A stretch of 63,593 bases of DNA, the filler included, from Licmophora abbreviata (lineage: Eukaryota): assembly GCA_900291995.1 (NCBI GenBank). It is 17 parts of 17 records of this genome, joined end to end, with 100 filler letters (N's around TTAATTAATTAA, not from the genome) between each part and the next. Parts side by side here need not be neighbours in the genome. Positions count along the whole stretch, not along the records: positions 28,825 to 32,248 come from OLMU01004541.1; positions 32,349 to 34,827 come from OLMU01004542.1; positions 34,928 to 36,428 come from OLMU01004544.1; positions 36,529 to 40,719 come from OLMU01004545.1; 13 more parts are not named here. One strand, given 5' to 3'. Below, piece after piece: positions 29,745-39,620 of the stretch. Numbering within the stretch: position 1 is the stretch's first letter; every line of letters starts with the position of its first letter. Below the pieces are notes generated by a model that saw nothing but the letters and a program-made list of their open reading frames with translations, was not told where the DNA came from and ran no database searches. Position numbers and translations under genes: made by a program.

Positions 29745-29991
29745 GTCGCTCGCTTTGACTGCCTCCCCATGCCAGACGCCTTCAGAGCGTTCGGCGAGCC
29801 ACAGATTACACATGATTCGCAGCCGTGGTAAACATCATTTACCAAAGCGGACCGACCGCGCATCGCGCCGCGAATCAGCCAAGTGATTCCCCAAGATGGT
29901 CCAGCCGGGCGCGCTTCGCCGACATGCGTAAGGGCCGCGTGGGGACTTTTTGTCCAATGCGGCAGTTTGCCTCTTTCACCGCTGCCCATTC

Positions 29992-30016
29992 TGTCCACAG
30001 CCCTCCATTGTGGACA
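29992..30016. promoter_or_regulatory. Inverted repeat in divergent FDH promoter region
   Basis: TGTCCACA-N9-TGTGGACA. Confidence 0.5.
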
Positions 30017-30092
30017 ATGGAATGCAGATTTCGCTTTGAGTGGTCCGGAAACTGTACCAGTCTATGGGCTACCGAAACTGGGGAGGATCGGT

Positions 30093-30665
30093 GTGGTTCA
30101 CAATCCGTCGAGATACGCCAGCATGCCGCTTGGCGTCGTCATCCGGAAAACGCCGGGCGCGACCCGTTGGGCGGCCTGGGCCTGGAAAGCCGTGGCCGTG
30201 CTGCCCGGTGCCGGCCCGGCCGACTGGCGTGTCTTGCGCTCCGAAGGGGATGTGACCGAATACCATGCCGCGACACCGACGCTCGAGTTGCACGGCGCCG
30301 ACACCGATGCCTATGTGCACGGCCTCGCCGCTCAGGTGCCTTGCATCTACGTCGTGCTGCGCGCCACCGCGTCGACCGAAGGCCCGCCCTTCGAGGTGCT
30401 TCTGGTCACCGCCTCGCCCTATGAAGCGCAGGATTATTGCGACAGCGGCGAAGAGATCGTCGAAAAGGTCGCCATGCCCGAAGGCTTGCTGGCTTGGGTC
30501 AGCGAGTTCGTCGATACCCACCATGTCGAAGAGGAATTCAAGAAGCGCCGCCGCGACCGCGTCGATATCGACGTCGTCGAGGATGGTGTGGGCGATCCGC
30601 GTATTCACCAGATGCGCGATGTCTTCCGCTCGCCGGCGCTGCAGCGCAAGGGACGGATGCAATGA
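30093..30665 (+). CDS. DUF3305-family protein
   Basis: MPLGVVIR...TRW..W; VTASPYEAQDY; FKKRRRD; GGGAGG RBS before GTG 30093. Confidence 0.78.
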   Translation: MVHNPSRYASMPLGVVIRKTPGATRWAAWAWKAVAVLPGAGPADWRVLRSEGDVTEYHAATPTLELHGADTDAYVHGLAAQVPCIYVVLRATASTEGPPFEVLLVTASPYEAQDYCDSGEEIVEKVAMPEGLLAWVSEFVDTHHVEEEFKKRRRDRVDIDVVEDGVGDPRIHQMRDVFRSPALQRKGRMQ

Positions 30666-31342
30666 GCCGGGGTGATTTCTGGTCGCGCCGCAAGGCCAAG
30701 GTTCAGGCCGAGCAGGAGGCCGAGGCCCGCGCCGCCCTGGCCGCCGAAGAGGCCGCCCGCGAACAAGAGCTTGCCGAAAAGCCCGATGCCGAGATCCTCG
30801 AGGAACTGGGCCTGCCCGATCCCGACACGCTCGAGCCGGGCGCCGATTTCCGCGCCTTCATGCAAAAGGCCGTGCCCGACCGGATCCGCCGTCGCGCGTT
30901 GCGGCGGCTTTGGCTGTCCAACCCGGCGCTGGCCAATCTCGATGGCCTGATCGACTATGGCGAGGATTTCACCGACAGCGCCACCGTGCTCGAGAACCTG
31001 CAGACCGCCTATCAGGTGGGCAAGGGCATGATGGCCCATGTCGAGGAACTGGCCCGTCAGGCGGAAGAAAAATCCGCCGCCGAGTCTGACGCCGCCAACA
31101 TGGCCGACGCGACCGATGCCGCCACCGCCGAAGAGCCCGCCGAAAGCGCCGCGCAAACATATGCCGACACAGCACAGGCCGACACGGATCAAGACGACGA
31201 CCCCGATCATCACGGCGAGGCGTATGTCTGGCAAGAGACCGACCCCGAGCCTTCCGCCCCGCCGCGCCGCCGGTTGCGGTTTTCCTTCGATGACCGGGCG
31301 TCGGCCGGTCAGGGCTTTGACATGACGGGAGCACCACAGTGA
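30662..31342 (+). CDS. DUF3306-family protein
   Basis: FWSRRK, LPDPDTL, RRRALRRLW, LDGLIDYGEDFT. Confidence 0.8.
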   Translation: MSRGDFWSRRKAKVQAEQEAEARAALAAEEAAREQELAEKPDAEILEELGLPDPDTLEPGADFRAFMQKAVPDRIRRRALRRLWLSNPALANLDGLIDYGEDFTDSATVLENLQTAYQVGKGMMAHVEELARQAEEKSAAESDAANMADATDAATAEEPAESAAQTYADTAQADTDQDDDPDHHGEAYVWQETDPEPSAPPRRRLRFSFDDRASAGQGFDMTGAPQ

Positions 31343-31950
31343 CGGAGCAAGCAGCAGTGAGCCACGCCATCCTCGAAGAAGACCGGCTGCGCGCCGATCT
31401 GTACGACTATCTCGGCGTTCTGCTGGCCGGTCCGCCCAATCAGGGCCTGCTCGACCAGACCGCGCGCCTTTCTGGGGACGACACCGATCTGGGCACCGCC
31501 ATCGCCGCCCTGTCACGCATCGCGCGTCACACGCAGGAACCCGCCGTCGAACGCGAGTTCAACGCGCTGTTCATCGGTCTGGGCCGGGGCGAGCTTCTGC
31601 CCTATGCCAGCTATTACCTCACCGGGTTCTTGAACGAAAAACCGCTGGCCGCGCTGCGCCGCGATATGGCCGCGCGCGGCATGACCCGCGCCCCCAATGT
31701 CTACGAGCCCGAAGACAACATCGCCTCGCTGATGGAGATGATGGCCGGGCTGATCACCGGGCGTTTCGGCAAGCCCGCGTCGCTAGCCGAGCAAAAGACG
31801 TTCTACAACAAGCATATCGGCCCTTGGGCCGGGCATTTCTTCACGGATTTGGAGGCTGCAAAGAACTCGGTTCTCTATGCCTCGGTCGGCGCTGTCGGCC
31901 GGGTCTTCATTGAGATCGAGGCCCAAGGCTTCCGAATGAGCGCGGAGTGA
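31339..31950 (+). CDS. TorD/DmsD-family molybdoenzyme maturation chaperone
   Basis: LFIGLGRGELLPYASYY and EPEDNIA motifs. Confidence 0.88.
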   Translation: MTEQAAVSHAILEEDRLRADLYDYLGVLLAGPPNQGLLDQTARLSGDDTDLGTAIAALSRIARHTQEPAVEREFNALFIGLGRGELLPYASYYLTGFLNEKPLAALRRDMAARGMTRAPNVYEPEDNIASLMEMMAGLITGRFGKPASLAEQKTFYNKHIGPWAGHFFTDLEAAKNSVLYASVGAVGRVFIEIEAQGFRMSAE

Positions 31951-32000
31951 TCCGCATGACCCGGCGGGCAACCGCCACCACCAACGAGAGGAGGACTCTC

Positions 32001-32192
32001 ATGTCGAAGAAAACCGAGGATGGCGCCAGCCGTCGCGATTTTCTCAAACTGGCCGCCTCCGGCGCGCCCGCTGTTGCGGTCGTGACGGCAGTGACCGGTG
32101 GGCAGGCCGAAGCGGCCGAGCCCGATCTTGCATCCAGCCGGATTCAGGACACCGCGCATACCCGCGCCTATCTCGACTCTGCCCGGTTCTGA
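32001..32192 (+). CDS. Small twin-arginine protein (formate dehydrogenase region Tat target, 63 aa)
   Basis: SRRDFLK signal; C-terminal DTAHTRAYLDSARF; GAGGAGG RBS. Confidence 0.85.
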   Translation: MSKKTEDGASRRDFLKLAASGAPAVAVVTAVTGGQAEAAEPDLASSRIQDTAHTRAYLDSARF

Positions 32193-32426
32193 ACCGGACA
32201 AGGTCACCCATCCATGCCGGCGACTGGTTGCGTGACGCCCGACTGCCCNNNNNNNNNNNNNNNNNNNNNNNNNNNNNNNNNNNNNNNNNNNNTTAATTAA
32301 TTAANNNNNNNNNNNNNNNNNNNNNNNNNNNNNNNNNNNNNNNNNNNNGCGTGACGCCCGACTGCCCGGTGATCAACCTTAGTACCCAGCAAGCCCTTTG
32401 GGGTGCGCCCGGGAGGAGATGAAAAC

Positions 32427-34827
32427 ATGCTTAGGAAAAAGACCAACGGGGTTGCGAGACGCCCCCAGCGGACAAGTATCCTGTCTGAGGTCGCCGGGAA
32501 ATCCGTCGACCGCCGCGCGTTTCTGCGCGGCAGCGGTCTGGCCATCGGTGGCCTTGCCGCGATCGGTGCCATGGGTGGCACCGTCACGAAAGCCAGCGCC
32601 GCCACCGCGGCGCAAGGCGCGGTCCAGACCCTGAAATCGGTCTGCACCCATTGCTCGGTCGGCTGCACGGTCATCGCCGAAGTGCAGAACGGCGTCTGGA
32701 CGGGTCAAGAACCCGGCTGGGACAGCCCGTTCAACCTCGGTGCCCATTGCGCCAAGGGCGCATCGGTCCGTGAGCACGCGCATGGCGAACGTCGTCTCAA
32801 GTATCCGATGAAAAAAGAGAACGGCGAGTGGAAGCGCATCAGCTGGGAACAGGCGATCAACGAGATCGGCGACGGCATGATGCAGATCCGCGAAGAAAGC
32901 GGCCCCGACAGCGTCTATTGGCTGGGCTCCGCCAAGCATAACAACGAACAGGCCTACCTGTTCCGCAAGTTCGCGGCCTATTGGGGCACGAACAACGTGG
33001 ATCACCAGGCCCGGATCTGTCACTCGACCACCGTTGCGGGCGTTGCGAACACATGGGGCTACGGCGCCATGACCAACTCCTACAACGACATCCACAATTC
33101 CCAGGCGATCTTCATCATCGGCGGCAACCCTGCCGAGGCGCACCCCGTCTCGCTGCTGCACGTGCTGAAGGCCAAGGAACAGAACAACGCGCCTCTCATC
33201 GTCTGCGATCCGCGCTTCACCCGCACGGCCGCACATGCCGATGAATTTGTCCGGTTCCGTCCGGGCTCGGACGTGGCTCTGGTCTGGGGCATCCTGTGGC
33301 ACATCTTCGAGAATGGCTGGGAAGACAAGGAATTCATCCGCACCCGCGTGTGGGGGATGGACCAGATCAAGGAAGAAGTCGCCAAGTGGACCCCCGAAGA
33401 GGTCGAGCGCGTCACCGGCGCCCCCGGCAGCCAGCTTGAGCGCGTCGCGCGCACCCTGGCCAACAACCGTCCCGGCACCGTGATCTGGTGCATGGGCGGC
33501 ACGCAGCACACCAACGGCAACAACAACACCCGTGCCTACTGCATCCTGCAGCTTGCTCTTGGCAACATGGGTGTGTCGGGTGGCGGCACCAACATCTTCC
33601 GCGGCCATGACAACGTGCAGGGCGCGACTGACCTTGGTGTTCTGTCGCACACGCTGCCGGGCTATTACGGTCTGGCCGCAGGCTCGTGGGCACACTGGTC
33701 CCGCGTCTGGGGCGAAGATCCCGAATGGCTCGCGGCGCGCTTCGACAAGATCACCGGCAAGGACGGCAAGGAAAAATCCCTGCAGAACCTGTCGGGTATC
33801 CCTGTCAGCCGCTGGATCGACGGCGTGCTCGAAGACACCGAGAACATGGACCAGCCCAACAAGGTCCGTGCGATGGTGCTCTGGGGCCACGCGCCCAACT
33901 CGCAGACCCGCATGACCGAGATGAAGACGGCCATGGAGAAGCTCGACATGCTTGTCGTGGTCGATCCGTTCCCGACCGTCTCGGCCGTGCTGCATGACCG
34001 GACCGACGGCTGCTACCTGCTGCCGGCCACCACGCAGTTCGAAACCTACGGCTCGGTGACGGCGTCCAACCGCTCGATCCAGTGGCGCGAAAAGGTCATT
34101 GATCCCCTGTTCGAGTCCAAGACCGACCACGAGATCATCGGCCTCTTTGCCAAGAAGTTCGGCTATCATGACCGGATGTTCCGCAACATCCAGCTCGAAG
34201 CGGACGGCATCACGCCGAATATCGAGGACACCACCCGCGAGTTCAACCGCGGCATGTGGACCGTCGGCTATACCGGCCAGTCGCCCGAGCGTCTCAAGCT
34301 GCACATGGCCAACCAGCACACGTTCGACCGGACGACGCTGAAGGCTCTGGGTGGCCCCGCCGATGGCGACTATTACGGGATGCCCTGGCCTTGCTGGGGA
34401 ACACCGGAAATGCGTCACCCGGGCACGCCGAACCTCTATGACATGTCCAAGTCGGTGGCCGATGGCGGCCTGACCTTCCGCGCCCGTTTCGGCGTGGAGC
34501 GGGATGGCGAAAACCTGCTGGCCGAAGGCGTCTACTCGAAGGATTCGGAAATCCAGGACGGATATCCCGAATTCACCATGCAGATGCTGATGGATCTTGG
34601 CTGGGACGGTGACCTGACGGCGGACGAACGCGCCGCGATCGAAAAGGTCGCGGGCAGCGCCGACAAGGTGCCTGGCGTCAACTGGAAGACCGACCTTTCG
34701 GGCGGGATCCAGCGGGTTGCCATCGCACATGGCTGTGCGCCCTTCGGCAACGCCAAGGCTCGGACCGTGGTCTGGACCTTCCCAGATCCGGTGCCTCTGC
34801 ATCGCGAGCCGCTCTATACGAGCCGGC
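32427..34827 (+). CDS. fdhA: Periplasmic formate dehydrogenase alpha subunit (Mo/W-bis-PGD, Cys ligand); 3' end in gap
   Basis: Tat DRRAFLR, CTHCSVGC...HCAKG, active site DHQARICHST, RGHDNVQG. Confidence 0.95.
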
Positions 34828-34974
34828 NNNNNNNNNNNNNNNNNNNNNNNNNNNNNNNNNNNNNNNNNNNNTTAATTAATTAANNNNNNNNNNNNNNNNN
34901 NNNNNNNNNNNNNNNNNNNNNNNNNNNCTGCCCGACCTGACCATGATGGTTTCATTTGATACAGGACAGATCGC

Positions 34975-36198
34975 ATGACCCGGCTTCTGTACACGTTCCT
35001 TTTGTCTTTGCTGCTGGCCGCGCCGGTGTCCTCCGTGACCGCGCAACAGGCCACCGAGACACCCCAGATCGACCGCTCCGCCACGGGCGGCGCGCCTACT
35101 CTTGAAGATATTCTGGCCCGTCAGCGCGGCGAGGCCGTGGACAACAGCTGGCGCCGCAGCACTGATGACGGCAGCACCGAAGCCGCCTCGGGCGCTGGCC
35201 CTCTGGGCACGCTTGGCGGCATGTCCAATTCCGATGTCTGGCGCGATCTGCGCTTCAACGATGCCGACGTGAAGGTGTCCGCAGGCGGCCCCGTCGCCAA
35301 GGTTCTGGTGCAAGACAGCGGCATGGCCTGGCTGCAATTCCGCGAAGGTCCGCTGATCACCTATGGCGGTCTTGCGATGCTGGGCACGCTTGGTCTTCTG
35401 GTGATCTTCTACCTGATCCGCGGCAAGATCCGCATCGACGGCAAGAAATCCGGCCGCACCGTGACCCGCTTCGCCTTCATCGAACGGTTCGCGCATTGGC
35501 TGATGGCCGGCTCGTTCATCGTTCTGGGGATCACCGGGCTGATCACGCTGATGGGCCGCAAGTTCATCATTCCCACCTTCGGCCACGAGGCGTTCTCGAC
35601 CATGGCGATTGCGTCGAAATGGATCCACAACAACATTTCCTGGGCCTTCATGCTGGGGCTGGTGATGGCCTTCGTGCTGTGGGTCGCGCACAACATCCCC
35701 AACAAGACCGACCTGAAATGGCTGGCCGTGGGCGGCGGGATCTTCAAAAAGGGCGTTCACCCGCCTGCGCGCAAGTTCAATGCGGGCCAGAAGATGATCT
35801 TCTGGTCGGTCATCATCCTCGGTGCGTCGATCTCGGCCTCTGGCCTGTCGCTGCTCTTCCCGTTCGAGATGCCGATGTTCGCCAAGACCTTCGCGATCCT
35901 CAACGATACCGGCCTGCCGCAGATGGTGGGTCTGGGCGTGCTGCCCACCGACCTGCCGCCGCATCAGGAGATGCAGCTGGCCCAAGCTTGGCATGCCATC
36001 GTGAGCTTCGTGCTGATGGCGATCATCCTCGCGCATATCTATATCGGCTCGGTCGGTATGGAAGGCGCGTTCGATGCCATGGGCTCGGGCGAGGTCGAAG
36101 AGCAATGGGCGCGCGAGCACCATGGCCTGTGGCTCGAAGAGCTGCAGCAGAAAGGCCAGGCGCCCGCACCCGGCAAGGCGCCCACTCCCGCGGAATAA
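34975..36198 (+). CDS. fdhC: Formate dehydrogenase gamma subunit (cytochrome b) with periplasmic N-terminal extension
   Basis: ERFAHW, KWIHN, KFNAGQK, WHAI, AHIYIGS, WAREHH. Confidence 0.92.
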   Translation: MTRLLYTFLLSLLLAAPVSSVTAQQATETPQIDRSATGGAPTLEDILARQRGEAVDNSWRRSTDDGSTEAASGAGPLGTLGGMSNSDVWRDLRFNDADVKVSAGGPVAKVLVQDSGMAWLQFREGPLITYGGLAMLGTLGLLVIFYLIRGKIRIDGKKSGRTVTRFAFIERFAHWLMAGSFIVLGITGLITLMGRKFIIPTFGHEAFSTMAIASKWIHNNISWAFMLGLVMAFVLWVAHNIPNKTDLKWLAVGGGIFKKGVHPPARKFNAGQKMIFWSVIILGASISASGLSLLFPFEMPMFAKTFAILNDTGLPQMVGLGVLPTDLPPHQEMQLAQAWHAIVSFVLMAIILAHIYIGSVGMEGAFDAMGSGEVEEQWAREHHGLWLEELQQKGQAPAPGKAPTPAE

Positions 36199-36201
36199 GG
36201 G

Positions 36202-37563
36202 ATGCGCGCGCTGGTCTCAGGCCTGCTCATGTCTGTGCTGGCGGCCCTCCCGGCCGCCAGTCAGGACTTTACCACGCTCAAGGGCCATGGCGGCCCGATC
36301 ATGGGTGTGCAGGTCGATCCTGCGACGGGCCGGGTGATCTCGGGCAGCTTCGACAATTCCGTGGGGCTTTGGCAGGGGCGCGATCCCCGCTGGCTCGAAG
36401 CGCATGACGCCGCCGTGAACACGGTGCTNNNNNNNNNNNNNNNNNNNNNNNNNNNNNNNNNNNNNNNNNNNNTTAATTAATTAANNNNNNNNNNNNNNNN
36501 NNNNNNNNNNNNNNNNNNNNNNNNNNNNGCAAGCCGCCTGACCGGGCATCAGGGCAAGGTTGCGGGGCTGTCGGTCTCGCCGGATGGCGCCCTTCTGGCC
36601 TCGGCCAGTTGGGACGGCTCCATCGGGCTCTGGCCGCTTGTCGCGCCTGACGATGCGCCGCGCTTCTTGCAGGGCCATGGCTCGGGGGTGAATGCCGTGA
36701 CCTTCGCCTCGGACGGCGCGCGGCTCTTCTCGGCCTCCGCCGATGGTACGATCCGCGTCTGGGATGTGGCCTCGGGCGAGGACCGGGTGCTGACCAATCA
36801 GGGCTTCGGCGTGAACCGGCTGGTGCTGGGTCCGAATGATGCCTGGCTGGCCTATGGCGCGGTCGATGGCGTCACACGGGTGATCGACCCGGTCAGCGGG
36901 GAGCAACTCCATGATTTCTCGCTCGAGCGGCGCCCGGTGCTGGCAATGGCGCATCACGCGGCGACCAGCCAAATGGCGGTGGGCGACGGGCATGGCTATA
37001 TCATGATGATCGACACCGACGCTTGGCGCATCACTCGCGATTTCCGCGCCATGCAGCGCGGCCCGGTCTGGGCGTTGGATTTCTCCGCCGACGGGGCCTC
37101 GATCCTGGCGGGCGGGCTGGATGAGGTGGTTTATTCCTGGCCCGTTGCCCTGCTCGATGAATTCGATCCCGCCGGAAGCTCTCAGCGGCAAAGCTTCCTG
37201 CGCGATCCTGAAACCATGCCCAATGGTGAGCGGCAGTTCATGCGCAAATGCTCGATCTGCCACGCGCTGACCCCGCCGCCCTCGCGCAAGGCGGGGCCGA
37301 CGCTTTATGATCTTTTCGGCCGCAAGGCCGGGGCGATCGCGGATTATCCCTATTCCGACATCCTTGCCACATCGGACATCATCTGGTCCGACGACACCAT
37401 CGACGCCCTGTTCGACATGGGCCCCGACCACTACATACCAGGGTCCAGGATGCCGATGCAGGTCATCCGGGCCGAAACAGACCGCCAGGACCTGATCGCC
37501 TTCCTTCGTACGGCGACGGCTCCGGATACGGCCCCAGAGGCGGCCCCAATCAAGGAGAACTGA
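36202..37563 (+). CDS. Exported WD40 beta-propeller fused to class I cytochrome c (interrupted by linker 36429-36528)
   Basis: Signal peptide; GH...SGSFD, ASASWDG, SASADGTIRVWD repeats; CSICH, GPTL, PGSRMP. Confidence 0.85.
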
Positions 37564-37564
37564 G

Positions 37565-37702
37565 ATGAAAGCGATGTATGCGGCCTTTGCGGCTACGGTG
37601 GTGATCTCGATCGCCGGTTACTACATTCTTGGCGAGATGGGGTTCTCAAGCGGGCAGATCTTTGCCAGCGACTCCGTCCGACTCGATGACGCGTCGGAAT
37701 GA
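37565..37702 (+). CDS. Small membrane protein (45 aa)
   Basis: Hand translation MKAMYAAFAATVVISIAGYYILGEMGFSSGQIFASDSVRLDDASE; AAGGAG RBS; ATGA overlap with regulator. Confidence 0.7.
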   Translation: MKAMYAAFAATVVISIAGYYILGEMGFSSGQIFASDSVRLDDASE

Positions 37703-39072
37703 CCGTCGCCGGCGTGCAGACAAGCGGCGCCACCCGGCCCGATGACGATTATGGCGAAAATCTCGAGGTCGCCTCGATCCTCGTGATCGATGACGAGCCG
37801 GGAATGCGCAACTTCCTGACCAAGGTTCTGACGCCGCGCTGCAAGCGCGTCGAACAGGCGCGCTCGGCCCGCGAGGCGTCGGACCTGCTGGATCAGGCGC
37901 ATTTCGATCTCATCATCCTCGACAACATCATGCCCGAAACGGCCGGTCTCGACTGGCTCGATGAACAGCGCCGCGTGGGGCTCTTCGCCGATGCGATCCT
38001 GATCACCGCCTATGCCGATCTCGACACCGCCATTCGCGCGCTGCGCGCCGGGGTGGCGGATTTCGTGCTCAAGCCGTTCCGCGCCAACCAGATCCTCAAT
38101 GCCGTGGCGCGCGCGCTCGACCGCAAATACCTGCGGCGCGAGAATTACCTTCTCAAGCATGAACTCTCCGAAGGCGGCATCAGCGCGCGGGGGCGTCTTC
38201 TGGGCCAGTCCCCCGCCGTGCAAGACGTGCGCGACATGCTGGCCAAGGTGGCGCCGCAGCGCACCACGGTGCTCTTCACCGGCGCCAGCGGCACCGGCAA
38301 GGAAGTCGCCGCGCGCACGCTGCACGGCCTGTCGGACCGGGCCGAGGCGCCCTTCGTCGCCGTCAACTGCGCCGCCATATCGCCCGACAAGATCTCCGAA
38401 GAGCTGTTCGGCGTCCTGCAGGACGGCCAGCCGCTCAAGGAAGGGTTGTTCCTGCATGCCGATGGCGGCACGCTCTTTCTGGACGAGGTGGCGCAACTGC
38501 CCGCACAGGCGCAGGCCACGCTGTTGCGCGTGCTCGAAGATCAGCGCATCCGCCCCGCCGGCGCCGAGCGCGAGATCCCGCTCAACCTGCGGTTTTTGTT
38601 CGCAACCAATGCCGATCTCGATGCCGCCGTGGCCGAAGGCCGGTTTCGCGCCGATCTTTATCACCGGATCAACGTGTTCCGCATCGAGATGCCGCTGCTG
38701 CGCGACCGCACCGAGGATATCGTCGAGCTTGCGGCCTATTTCATGAGCGAATTTTCCCGCGCGCTCGGGCTGCCGGCGCTGGAGCTGAACGAAGAGGTGT
38801 TCCTCAAGCTCAGCCGCTACGACTGGCCCGGCAATGTGCGCGAGCTGCGCAACCTGATCGAACGCTCGGTGATTCTCGGCGCCTTCCCGGCAGAGTTTTC
38901 GGGCGAAGGGCGCATCACCGGTACCGAGGCCATCGAGACGTTGGAACTGGTCGAGCAGCGCCATATCCTCAACGTGCTCGACGCCTGCGGCGGCAACCGT
39001 GCCGAGGCCGCCCGCCGCCTTGGCGTGTCGCGCAAGACCATCGACCGCAAATGCGCAAGTTGGGGCGTCTAG
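37699..39072 (+). CDS. NtrC/Fis-family response regulator lacking GAFTGA
   Basis: Receiver (IDDE, ILDN, KPF), Walker A GASGTGKE, FLDE, WPGNVREL, Fis HTH. Confidence 0.92.
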   Translation: MTVAGVQTSGATRPDDDYGENLEVASILVIDDEPGMRNFLTKVLTPRCKRVEQARSAREASDLLDQAHFDLIILDNIMPETAGLDWLDEQRRVGLFADAILITAYADLDTAIRALRAGVADFVLKPFRANQILNAVARALDRKYLRRENYLLKHELSEGGISARGRLLGQSPAVQDVRDMLAKVAPQRTTVLFTGASGTGKEVAARTLHGLSDRAEAPFVAVNCAAISPDKISEELFGVLQDGQPLKEGLFLHADGGTLFLDEVAQLPAQAQATLLRVLEDQRIRPAGAEREIPLNLRFLFATNADLDAAVAEGRFRADLYHRINVFRIEMPLLRDRTEDIVELAAYFMSEFSRALGLPALELNEEVFLKLSRYDWPGNVRELRNLIERSVILGAFPAEFSGEGRITGTEAIETLELVEQRHILNVLDACGGNRAEAARRLGVSRKTIDRKCASWGV

Positions 39073-39142
39073 ACCCGAGGTCAGGCACTCCGATGGACGC
39101 GCCTGCGGCGCGGCAGGGTTTGCGCGCCATGGGCGCGCGGTT

Positions 39143-39217
39143 GGGGGCCAGCCCCCGCCGTTGAAATCCTTGGGGATTTCAACGCCTCCCCCGGGATATT
39201 TCTGGCCAGAAGAAACC
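39143..39217. repeat. Intergenic REP/MITE-like element, copy 1
   Basis: GGGGGCCAGCCCCC, hairpin CGTTGAAATCC/GGATTTCAACG, tail GGGATATTTCTGGCCAGAAGAAACC shared with the element at 58767-58818. Confidence 0.7.
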
Positions 39218-39266
39218 CGGTGCTTTAGGCTTTGCAGCGACAGACCATCTACAAGGAGCCGACCCG

Positions 39267-39590
39267 ATGTCCGACCGCCCGCAGGCGCAGCCCACCACAT
39301 TGGCCGATGATGACATCCACCGCATCACACGGTTTGATTTCGAACCGGGCGCCGAGACCGGCTGGCATGTGCATGGCTTCGATTACGTGATCGTGGCACT
39401 CAGCGCCTGCGAGATGCATCTCGAAATGCCCGACGGCAGCGTCAACGAGGTGAGCTTGCCGCCGGGCCGGACCTATCACCGGCCCGTCGGCGTGGAGCAT
39501 AACGTCATCAATGGCGGCACGGCGCCCATGGCCTTTGTCGAGCTGGAGTTCAAGCAGGGGCTTGATCTTCCTGCACTCGACAAGGCTTGA
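39267..39590 (+). CDS. Cupin-domain protein
   Basis: PGAETGWHVH and GVEHNVIN cupin motifs; AAGGAG RBS. Confidence 0.85.
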   Translation: MSDRPQAQPTTLADDDIHRITRFDFEPGAETGWHVHGFDYVIVALSACEMHLEMPDGSVNEVSLPPGRTYHRPVGVEHNVINGGTAPMAFVELEFKQGLDLPALDKA

Positions 39591-39620
39591 GAACCGCGGC
39601 TGAGAACTGCGGCTGAGGGC

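Noticed and set aside
32230..32367. Direct repeats flanking linkers as target-site duplications (also 44940-45105 and 61946-62083)
   Set aside because: Contig-end overlaps; merging 44940-45105 restores an uninterrupted ABC ATPase frame
33001..33030. Selenocysteine in FDH alpha
   Set aside because: Active-site codon is TGT (RICH) at 33018-33020; no in-frame TGA
34828..34974. Loss of the FDH beta subunit
   Set aside because: Expected position falls in the gap that also removes the fdhA 3' end
39588..39613. 13-bp tandem duplication TGAGAAC(C/T)GCGGC between cupin and bioY
   Set aside because: Two local copies only; most simply a slippage event
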